Source: Nageia nagi (taxonomy: Eukaryota > Plantae > Pinophyta). Taken from it: DNA of 64,000 nucleotides. The stretch's first letter is position 1. Each line of letters opens with the position of its first letter. The notes under the pieces are model-generated. The model searched no databases, was not told the DNA's origin, and was given only the letters and a program-made list of their open reading frames with translations. The translations under genes were made by a program, and so were the position numbers. Below are positions 14,017-25,056 of the stretch, one piece after another. The DNA is taken from assembly GCA_050084985.1 (NCBI GenBank), contig JBITNC010000002.1, forward strand, positions 23,436,001-23,500,000, in the 5' to 3' direction.

Positions 14017-16179
14017 AAAAATTCAACATGAGAAAACCTAGTTCGATAAAACCTAAGAAATAACATAACAAAATGAAACAAATATTAATAATGAAAGTGA
14101 GATATGTAGAAGTCAATTGAAGGATCAAAGTATGATGAACAAATGTACAATGGAGAAAATATGAATAAAATGGAGAACAAAATACCCATTGAACCTCTAT
14201 CTCAAACTCCTAAGCCATGAGTAGGAGAATGTAATGTGATAAGGATTTCAAATTCTAAATTCCAAACTAGGTGGCTTGAGGATTAGTCAAATCACTATGG
14301 ATGGAATTTTTTTTTAAATTACTTATAAAATAAATTACATTTTTGAAAACTATACTTGAGCATTACATTTTCAGCTAGTAACCTTTTTCAAGATTCTATG
14401 TCTAAGAGCTTCAAATTTTAAGATCAACTATGATGAAACTTGAAAATCAAGGAATAGTTCCACTTTTTGGCTATAAAGTGGATTCAACTTCTTGCACTAA
14501 CCTATCATACTATCATAACATTTTGTAAAAGGTTCACAAAAACCTTTTTAAAAAATTTGAATTTTTTTTATTAATATGAAATTTACCCAAAATTAAAAAA
14601 AAGGATGTCAGCATAGAATGTTCAAACATTAGAAAATATGAAATTTCATTTCCCATAGATTTTTCTTAGGTATAAGTATCATGAATGAAAGGATTTTCTA
14701 TTTCATCATCCAAAGATATATTAGTGATATAGGAGCATAAATGAAAGAAATATCAAAATACCAATAATTCAATTTACATAGGAAATAAAAGCTTTCATTA
14801 CCCATTGATTTTGTATTAACACAAGAATCATTAATGAAAGAAACTCAATCATAGAACATGCAAGATTTTATCATCCATATGAAATAATCATAAATAAAAG
14901 AAACATTGCATAATGTAAGATAACATTTTACTCAAGAAAATATTTAAGAACATGAGCATTGAGCATCATTTACAAGTATGAAATCAAAGAACTGTATTTA
15001 GTAAATAAAGAGATATAAGCATAAGAAATACTTCTTTTGTAGTTTCTTGGAAATATAAGCACTATATTTAGTAGGCCCCTAGGTATGCTCCTTTAGAAAT
15101 ATAGCATTTACCTTTTCTTTCTCCTAGCATTAGAATCGAGGAATATTTGAAACTTTGAAGTACCTCTAAGATCTGATGATATCATTTGACTGTCAAGTAG
15201 TAAAATTTAAGCTTCTTTATATGGTTATCTTAATAATTTATAAAAATTACTTGTTAAGCATTCTTACCTATCAAAGCTAGTACTACCCCTTGTACTATGC
15301 TTATTACTTTAAGGTAATATTATCGAATTTTATACTAAGCATCATGTCTTATAATGAAGATATCATTAAATTATTCTTGAGGAAAATTTTAGTTATGTGC
15401 TGCAAAAATTTAATGTCTAAAAATATGTACTCTATTTTTAGTTTTAAATAGGGTAGGGTCATTATTATTTATCACTTTTATTTCTAATTATTTTATAAGG
15501 AGTTTTAAGGTTTTCTAAGTTTGATGCACTTTATTGGAGGTATTTTTGAGTTTTTGATGATTATGAGTGATTTGTGATCTATTGCAGGCTATACAGGTCA
15601 AAATTATGAAGCAATATGGTTATAGAGTGTATGTGTTGTGATATACCCTATATTCTTATCATGTGGTGAATTCTAAATACCTTAGTTATTTTTATTGTAG
15701 CTTTTTTATAGTTAAAATTAAGTTTATTTTGAAATTTATGGCTTGGTTTTTGTTTAGAGGTCAATGAAGTGTAATTTAGTAGGGAATATATATTATTGTC
15801 TTTATGTGTTTTTGATATATTATGAGGATTTTATTTTGTGAGGGTTTTTTGTGTAAAATATACACTAAAATTTTCATATATGCATCATCAAATATACACA
15901 AAACTATCACTGGGGTGTTAAGTATCTCGACACTAGCATTATGTTAAAAATTAGATAGTCTTTATATGTGCTTGTATACATTCCTTTGATGCTTTTATTA
16001 ATAGAAAAAAATATAAAAAATAAAAATTTTCATGAAAATATACATACTTACCTGTATGTTCATTTGTTGATGCAATCTTGTTCACACATTGTTGTACTTG
16101 AGCCATGAAGTAAAAGCTAGGAAACAACTTGCACTTGGTAAGATGATCTTGACTAAGAGGTACTAATGAACATAAGGCA

Positions 16180-16340
16180 TTCCAAGGTTGATTATTTTCT
16201 ATTATTACCCTATGTGATGGTGGAGAAACACATGTTGAATTCCTTGTTTCAATGATGGTTAGATAACACTAATACATTTCACCTTCCTACAAGTGTAATG
16301 ATAACAATCCTTGAGGATGAGAATCAAATCTTGAGGGTTA
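16180..16340 (+). mobile_element. Possible fragment of an Ac-type hAT dimerization domain
   Basis: Across frameshifts reads P.WWR.H..EF..SMMVR, like the WW..FP.LS.MAR motif. Confidence 0.3.
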
Positions 16341-16479
16341 TTATGAAATGGAACATGGTGTATATGAAAGATAAATTAAATCCATAGGCATTGCTAAAAG
16401 TGAAAAAGTGGCTAACAATATTTAAACAAACTAATCATTAAATCTTATAATTTTATTAGCCATTTTTAGGGTCATTATA

Positions 16480-18895
16480 CTATTAATATTTTCATAAACA
16501 CTATCAGCTATAATATTGTTGAGATATCATTTCTTTGTAAAAGATCTCCAAGTCATAAAGGCTCTATCAAGATTTTTATCTAATCAATTTTAAAGTTTTG
16601 ATTTAATTAGTGAGAATGCACTAAATACTCTCTCATCCTCTATATAGTCCAAAATAATTATTTAACACAATTTATGTAATAAAAACTAAATAATATTTCC
16701 TTATAGGATGTTAAGAAGATAATTTATTTTCAAATATGTACAATAGCACCATTATTTGTTGGTTCAAATAAATATCGATATTGATCAACCATAGTAAGTT
16801 CAAAATGATTTAATTGTTTATTCAACAGGTTATTTTGTATAATACTATTAATTTGCACTCCATTAAATTCAAAAAATTCACTAAAATACATTGCAAGAGG
16901 CTACATATTTTTGCAAAATAAAATACTTATTTGTTCTTTGAAATTTTCTATATTCTAAAATTTTGAATTCATAATAACCATGGCATCAAGTAAATCATTC
17001 CTATTAAAATGATCTCCAATATTTTTAAATAAGCTATTTGAAAGTTGTCTCCACTTAATTCATACTTTAAAAATTACACCATTACATATAATATGATTAA
17101 CTAACATTTATTCATATTTATAATGTACCAAATTAACATGTATACAATATATATACATTGAAATATACTTTCCATTAACATAAATTTAGGGATGATAATT
17201 GCTATTAAATTTCAAATATATTTTTGATCTTTAACATATACCAAAAGTTTACATTATTAAAATAAATATCGATAGAAACTACTTGCATCATATATAACAT
17301 ATCTAAAGATTGAAAAATATATTTTATCAAATGTACAAAATTAACTATATATATGGATCTCTTTTGAGTGTGCTTCATTAAGCAATTTGATTCCTATAAC
17401 GTAGGAAAAATACACCCAAAATATTAATATTTTTTAATATTTTTCAAATGGTATAATATTTTTTTTTTGCTTTGTCAAGTACCCTATAGTTTTTATACAT
17501 AAAACTATTTAAGGATAAATATTCCTTAAGAACTCTATATGTAAGCTCATACATTGGAATCCATCTTATTTCAACATCTTTTAAACATTTCTTTTCATCA
17601 ATTATTCCAATTGATTTTTGAAACTCATTATATATTTTTAAACTATTAGTAATAAAAGTATGTAGGTCATGTAAAAGCTCTTCAACTTTTATAATATTTT
17701 CAAATGTGACAATAATTTTGTATATAAGGTTCATTCTATGTTCCATATAAAGAATTATAATAATACATGGGTTTCTATTATCATACATAAATACCATTTC
17801 TATTACCTTGTGTTAATGCTACATTATCTTCTCGAATGCAAATAAACTTTGTAGTTATTTTAGTATCATCCATTTACAATATATCCTATAAGTTGGAGAC
17901 AACTAATTTGTAAATGTTTTTGGATTTGTAGTTTTAAACCATTTTATAAATAATTAAAGATGATATTTATTAGAATGTTTTTCAAAAGTGGAGAAACACA
18001 TACAAACCCATGATATTTTGTCTACTATCTTAACCTCATTAATTGATAATGATATTAACTACATATTTTTTACCTTTTCTTCGAAATCCTCTTTCTCTAC
18101 CATTTCCAAACATTTTTATAATTTCAAAGGACTCATGTTTGACCTTTGGGATTTTGGAATGTTCTTTAAACTAATTTGTTAAAACATAATCTTATAAAGT
18201 AGAAAATCTAATATGGGCATGCATTTCTTAAAGAATGTGAGAGATAATAATGATCTATGTATTTCTTGGTAATAAATTTGAAGCAACAGCTTTTTCAAAA
18301 TGAGATACAAGAGTTCCTATCTATCTATATCTATATATATATATATATATTTGTTTTTAAACATATTGTTATACTTAATCTCATCTTGAATATGATTTCA
18401 TTCTATATCATTTTTATACCTATGGATTTTTGTTTTAAATGTCCTCTTCTTTTTTTGAGTAATATACTTTGCCAAAATATTTTTCTAACTATTTTCAAAT
18501 TTGGTTCATTTCAATGTTCCTTTTCAAGTTTTCAAACACATATAGTACAACTGTATATGGTTGGACCAACACCATTTTTTGGTTCAACTAGTTTAATGAA
18601 TTGATAGTTTGCTACCCAATCAATATTAAAAATTCTTTTGGTTATCTATTTTCTTCTTCTCCTCTTTTTTATAGACTATTTTTTAGATTCTATTTTGACT
18701 TTTTGTTTCAAGGAGAACTTGATTTGTAATCTACTTGTGGGTTTTTTAATAATCAAGTAGAACATCTTCAAGAGGTTACATTTAATCATCAAAATTATCT
18801 TCACTAGTTGGGAAACTAGTAACTTTCCATGATGGTACATGATTTTCAATAAGGTAGTTTTTATATTAAGAGGTGAAGGTATTTTTTATTACCAT
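16480..18895 (-). mobile_element. Decayed hAT-superfamily transposase, ZNF862/KIAA1586-like
   Basis: N-terminal RIFNIDWVANYQF (~18610); ORF 17444-17797 EHRMNL..KVEELLHDLHTF..KDVEIRWIPM..RVLKEY (CxxHR.NL and TRW motifs); C-terminal IEDERVFSAFSLIKSKL.N.L (~16580-16650); many stops; TIRs not identified. Confidence 0.8.
18317..18350. repeat. (CTAT)n(AT)n microsatellite inside the hAT transposase
   Basis: CTATCTATCTATATCTATATATATATATATATAT. Confidence 0.9.
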
Positions 18896-21800
18896 TTAAA
18901 ATAATAAAATTAATGATATTTTATGCCTAATATATTAATTTAGGATTTTATTTTTATCATTATATCCTATCTCCACTTTTCCAATGATTTTATCATTGTT
19001 ATAGTGTAGGTTTGAGGGATCCTCATGTGGGGTTATCAACCTCACAATATATTTAGATTATTTTCAATAAGTTCCAAAATAAACCTTTAACACCTTAAAT
19101 ATTGATAATGGTTTTTTAATAGCACACTAGTTCCTAAGAGCTACTCACACCATGCACTGCCCAAGTTGTAGAGCATTCATCATAATGCTTTCCACATTTC
19201 AATGATTTCTTACTTGAACTTGATTATAAACTTTCAAAAATATTCATTTAAATTCCATTTATAATTCTATCTAATATTTGAGAATTTTGTACTATAATAA
19301 TAATAGGTTATCTTTCCATGCTTACTTGTCACCTTCTTTCATATACTTGATTCTTTTCAACTAACAAATCCCTATCTAAAGAGGAAGAAGTGAAAGATGT
19401 AAATATATTTTATAATTAGCTTTTATATTGAGAGGTTCCCTCCAATGGAAATCGGAGAGGGTAAGGACTCAAATGTCTTGAGTGTAATTTTTTTTTAAAT
19501 TATCATAGTTGATATTAAAAATTAAAATGAAAAAAAATTATTATTTTAATGACAGACACATCCTTTCACAAAATTTACTATAAAAATAATTTAAAAATCA
19601 ATTTTATGAATTCCAATCAAAACATCCAAGTGCAAAGTCATTACAAATCAATATCATTGTGTGGTTGTAAAAAATATTACTTACGAAGGCCATTATAGTA
19701 ATTAACGTTCACTTGAGATAACCAACAATTTATGGGATGATTGTATTGGGCTACTACATAGCATATATATCTTATAATGGGAATCAAATATGGGAAATAA
19801 GTCATAGTAGGGTCAACACATGACCAACTTAACCAACAATTGAGATAAAAAAATCATGTTTAAGAGATTTGAGTTAATAACCTTTCTTTTTTCATCAAAC
19901 TAGTAACTTTACCAATGCACCATATGCTTTTACATTCATTATCTATATGATATATTTTATAATGCAATATGGTTCTACCATTACAAAATGTTTCATTGAT
20001 ACTTTTTTTCAACTCATCTAACTTTGCTTGATTCTCAACATTCCTTAGAATCCAATAAAGTAATACTCTGGTAATGTTTTCATCATATGATAACAATAGA
20101 GTGATTTATTTTCCTTAAGGGCTCAAGGAAATTCTAGAGTACATACCTTCACAAAATGAATCCTCTAAAAAAAGAAAATAAATAATAAACCTTTTTTTAT
20201 TATCACTATAGGGCAAGGAAGATACAAATATGCACCAAATTACATGATTGTATCGATACTTTCATTTTAACTACTATCATACAATCCAACCACACATCCA
20301 TCTAGACTATGCAAAGTTTCTTATGATTATAGGATTCTCTTTTACTTGATCACTTGAAGATTATTTCTTACTTCTTCCATAGTCATCAAATGCCACTCAC
20401 CGGATATATTCATAGAATCTCTTTTATATTTCTAAATTGTATGGAAAAAATCTCATCTTTTTCTAATTTCATGAAGAATAAATTCACTTATTGAGATAAT
20501 TCTAGTGACATATCAAAATAAATCGCAAGTTGAGAGGCATGTCTAAGGATCAAATTTGAAGTATTGCTTCAATTATTTTATTGAAGAGTGGTTATATATG
20601 TAACCCTTATTTAATGAAGGTATAAAAATACAAAACCCTTTATTTGAAGTATTTATAAAATAGTGCACTTCATAAAATTATATAAGAATGTAATTGCAAT
20701 CTCTAATTTGATATGCATATTACTCTCATTAAATCTATTGAGGTGTATTTTGCAGTATGGAAATAAGAAGAGAAGAAAATGGGAGATAACAATGTAGTGT
20801 TAGTTCCAAAATAACTTGTATTTCATGAAAAAGGGTATTAAATTCTAAAAACCCATTGAACTTATAAACCTACATTCAAACATATTTTAAAATATGGCCA
20901 TCTTACAGGGAAGCTTAAATCAAATGGTCAACTAGAAACATTTCCTACATATATATGAACAAAAAATACAACATAGATACGATTCAACAACATAAAAATA
21001 TTCCATCAAGTGAAATGCATAGTAAATAATCATGACTCAAAAATCCATAAATCAGTCAAGGAAAGAACTCTTCTAAAATTGCTTTCAACATCTTTATACA
21101 AAATCAAAATGTCACCAAGTTGGATTTTGGTAGGAAAGCATGCAAGTACATAGATGTAACTACATGAGAATGAAAATGTAATTTTAGATGTTACATAATA
21201 AGATTTTCATAGAATTAGATGTTGTAAATTCAAGCATTGCAAAACTTATTCATAAAAATAACAAACAAAAATCCAACCAAACCTTATAAACATCTATATA
21301 AGACAAATGCAAATAAAAGCATACAATAACATAACAATCATATGTATTTATCTATGTAAACTAAATGAAGGACCATATGAAAGTATAATGATTCCAAATC
21401 TACAAGGAAGATTAAAAATGGTGGAGAACACTAGTCAATTTTAACAACTATAGGCACAACCTAGGGTTGATGATCAAAGGTTGAGCTAAGCAATGTTGAG
21501 AGAAGTTAAAGTAGGAGAATATGAGAAATCATGGAGGAGTGGAAGAGGAAAATGCTAATTGTTAAGTTTCAAGTCTCCAAATATCATCAGTGTCACGATT
21601 CTCATAAATTGTATTTGGTGGGTGAAAAAGCTTTTGGTAGGCTAGTAGACCAACAATAGTGAAAAGGATATATTTTTTGCTTATTACCATGGTATATTAT
21701 CATTGAATAATCATCATTGCATCAATGGTTAATATTATCATACATTGTTAAATATTGGTTATATTATATGTAATTATGTATTTACATTTAAAATTTAGTT

Positions 21801-21932
21801 TTTGACTAGTAGTTTTTGAACTTACTATTCTTTTGAAATTTTATTTGACTTGAAAGTTTTTTACCACCCTTATTTGAAAGGTTAATTAAGGTTTGTAGGG
21901 CATTGTAGGTTACAAATTTGAACATAGCTCAT

Positions 21933-22103
21933 GTTGCCCATAGGTGAAGCTATGAGTGGTGGATTGTTTGGTATCTCATAATATTTTTAATCACCTTTTT
22001 AATCACTTAGGTGATTAAAAATATTACAAGATACCAAATATGTGATTAAAAATATTATGAGATACCAAGTAATTTGCCACTCATAGCTTCACTTATGGGC
22101 AAC
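21933..22103. repeat. 171-bp foldback (MITE-like hairpin) with ~60-bp arms
   Basis: GTTGCCCATAGGTGAAGCTATGAGTGGTGG..TAATCAC pairs with GTGATTA..CCACTCATAGCTTCACTTATGGGCAAC; mismatches are transitions. Confidence 0.85.
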
Positions 22104-22239
22104 TTAACATTGTATAAATAAAGTAGACCTCATCATGAAGATTGTTAGCTTTCTATACTCAAAGTAGGCTTGGTGATTCATGAACATTCATTTTAAATTT
22201 TATTAGAATTGAATATTATAATTTTTATTTGAACAAAAT

Positions 22240-22935
22240 TTTAGCATGTATGATAAGGAGATGTTGGTCATCATGCATGCATTAGAGAGGTTCAAGTAGT
22301 ATTTAGTTTATGGTCCATTCATCATTAAGAGTGACCATAAAAACTTGAAATACTTTCTCAACCAATCAAATCTGAGAGAGAAATAACAAAGTTGGGTAAA
22401 TAAACTTCAATCCTTTAATTGTGAGATTCAGTATATTAAAGGAAATAAGAATAAAATTGTTAATGCATTATCTAGGAACCCACCCTTTTATTACCTTTCC
22501 TCTATTGTTGTTGATTGGAAAAAGATTATAATGGCTGAATATACTATAGGCATCTTAGATAGGATAGTAAGATATAAGAAGTACACAGTCAGGGAGGGGC
22601 TGATTTTGAAGAAAAATAAAATATTCTTGATCTCTTACTCTGAAAGTAAGGAGAAGGTTCTCCATATTTTGCATAATATCCCTCTTGCAGGTAATCTAGG
22701 TATCTCAAAAATATATAAGGCAATAAGGGAGAGGTTTACATGTAAAGGGATGAAGCAAGATATTTGGAGGTTCATTCAAGAGTGTGTACAATTCAAAGAA
22801 AATAAAGAGGAGAATGTGAAACCAGTAGGGTTACTTTAGCCATTGCCCATTCCACAATAGAAATAGGAAGACATGTCCATGGATTTCACCACTGGACTTT
22901 CTAAGGTGCAAGGTAAAGATTGTATCTTTGTGGTA
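22240..22935 (+). mobile_element. Gypsy pol fragment (RNase H to integrase N-terminus)
   Basis: YDKEMLVIMHAL..SDHKNLKYF..YIKGNKNKIVNALSR..HNIPLAGNLG..IRERFTCKGMKQD..SMDFTTGLSKVQGKDCIFVV; similar to ORF 38686-38901. Confidence 0.92.
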
Positions 22936-23412
22936 AAATTTTCTTTTATTATTATTATTATTTTATATAATATAATAATCTTCTTATTAGGAATACAATT
23001 ATATTAAGTTCGGTAAGTTTTGGAGGTTTCACATTTATATGAATACAATTATAATAATCTAATCATCATTACATCATACTTTTATTGAAATTTTATTATT
23101 TTCAAGTTTAAAAGTTTTGTACCCATTTCATTATAAAATATGTTTTACATTTATTAAAAAATATAAATAATTTTTTTAGTATTATTTTTATTATAATTTT
23201 GAAATTTTTTTTGGATATATATTTACTTCATGTTTCAATTTGCTTGAAACATAAATAAGTGTTTTATTCTAATCTTATTCATATTTTATAAACGTTTATT
23301 ATAAAACTTATATATATTTTAATGATCACATTCAATGCAAAACTCTAATATAAAATTATTACTTTCTATGATAAAACATGTGTTTCTTAATTAGTGATTC
23401 AACTAATATAAT

Positions 23413-23491
23413 ACTAGCTTTGATATAACCCCTTATATATCAAAAAACGTTGAGAGATGTCATTTCGAGGTGCCTATCTCATTTCTTGGTA
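23413..23491. mobile_element. Half copy (one arm) of the MITE at 24247-24404
   Basis: ACTAGCTTTGATATAACCCCTTATATATCAAAAAACG..GGTGCCTATCTCATTTCTTGGTAT. Confidence 0.85.
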
Positions 23492-24056
23492 TAATAATGT
23501 TATAGATGACTGTATTGACTCTGTTAAAGTATAAATATCAATCTACTTATTCAAATATCAAAGTAGAAGTGCATTGGCACTGCGTGGTGGAGATGCATGG
23601 CAAATTGAAAACCACAAAATGTGATGGAAACAATATAAACTAAATTAATTTGGTATAATGGAGATTTTATGATCTTGTGTTGATTTTATTGAATAACTTT
23701 CTAATGAAAAGAAGGCATCAACAACGAATATGTTAGACTAAGAAATGTAAAACTTTGTGAATTCAGAGCATTTTTTGATAAAGTTTTATGCGAACAGCAA
23801 GATAAGAAGCGCAAAAGAATTCATAGTATAAATTGTATGTAAAATAAGAAATAAGAAATATTACAGTAAAAATATATTTACAATAGCAGATAATTAACTT
23901 ACAATAAAATTAAAGTTCTCTTCTGTTTTTACAATCTTTTGTTCCAACTTTGCTTGTTCGAATTCACTGCATCTCTCGATTGATTTGGGAATGAATTTTT
24001 ATGATGTTTGATATTCTTCCTTCCATTTATATAATAATTTTTGAAAAGATGTGTCT

Positions 24057-25056
24057 TTTAATATTTCAGTTGGCTATATAATTTTAATTTAAAAAAATTA
24101 TTTTCACACCAATTGTTTAACGGACGGACTCACATGCAACATTTTGCTCCCCCACTCCACCTCCATGCTGCAGTTGTAGAAACGCCTCTCGACGTAATAA
24201 TATTTTTTGTATAAATAACACTATAAAAATATCTCATTTAAATTAAACTAGCTTTGATATAATCCCTTATATATCAAAAAATGCCGAGAGATATCATTTC
24301 GGGGTGCCTATCTTGGATATAGCAATACCAAGAAATGAGATAGGTGCCTCGAAATGATATCTCTTGACGTTTTTTGATATATAAGGAGTTATATCAAAGC
24401 TAGTTAACTTTGTACTGGTAAAATTAAATATTTCTAAAATTCATATTCCTTCTAATAAAGAAATTTGTATTTCTAATAAAAATTAAATATTTCAAAACTT
24501 TAACTTTTTAATAAAACCTATTATTATAAAATGAAAAAAAATAATTAAATAAAAAAAATATTATTACAATTTTAAATATAATACTAAAACATACTTTAAT
24601 ATACAACAATATCTCTAAATTTACTCCTACATATTTATAACAAATAAATAACCATCATTATTTACTATTTATTTTTAATGCAAATCTTCTCTCCTTGTGT
24701 AAAACTAACTTATTTCAAAATTAAATTAATTATACATAAATCTAACCATTAAATAACCCAAAAGAGGAAGTCTATTAACCCGCTTAACATATTGACTTCA
24801 ATGTTTTCTGATCAAGAATTTGTACAACGTTTCAATGCATCCCTTTGACCATACGAAATTAGGAAAGCGAAGCCAAGGAACTGATCTAACTCGTGGCGTC
24901 ATATATGTGCCGGGACTCAATTTAATATTTCAGTCGGCTATATAATTTTAATTTTAAAAAAATTATTTTCCCCCCAATTGTTTAACGGACGGACTCACAT
25001 GCGACATTTTGCTCCCCCACTCCACCCCCATGCTGCAGCTGTAGAAACGCCTCTCG
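24057..25056. repeat. Near-identical ~135-bp direct repeat (24057-24191 and 24921-25056)
   Basis: TTTAATATTTCAGT(T/C)GGCTATATA..CGGACGGACTCACATGC..GCTCCCCCACTCCACC..GTAGAAACGCCTCTCG in both copies. Confidence 0.92.
24247..24404. mobile_element. 158-bp foldback MITE, Tourist/PIF-Harbinger-like
   Basis: Almost fully palindromic ACTAGCTTTGATATA..TATATCAAAGCTAGT; TSD TAA at 24244-24246 and 24405-24407. Confidence 0.88.

Larger units (their letters stand above)
9845..14599 (+). mobile_element. Same ORF1-only L1-like element, copy 2, interrupted twice
   Basis: ORF 10162-10482 (FFMFIFENIDDCKWVMKHKCNWFFGQRAINIQKW..VWIN..LP); TSD AAAGGATGTGAGCATAGA 9827-9844 / AAAGGATGTCAGCATAGA 14600-14617 after an A tract. 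Confidence 0.8.
8595..15788. repeat. Tandem duplication copy 2, enlarged by two later LTR insertions
   Basis: Starts TCGATAACTAATGGAAATAACTCAAGATAAT, ends ..GAGGTCAATGAAGTGTAATTTAGTAGGGAAT; extra blocks at 10701-12417 and 12624-14016. Confidence 0.92.

Noticed and set aside
24057-25056. 135-bp direct repeats as the LTRs of a TRIM
   Set aside because: No TG..CA termini, PBS, PPT or TSD.
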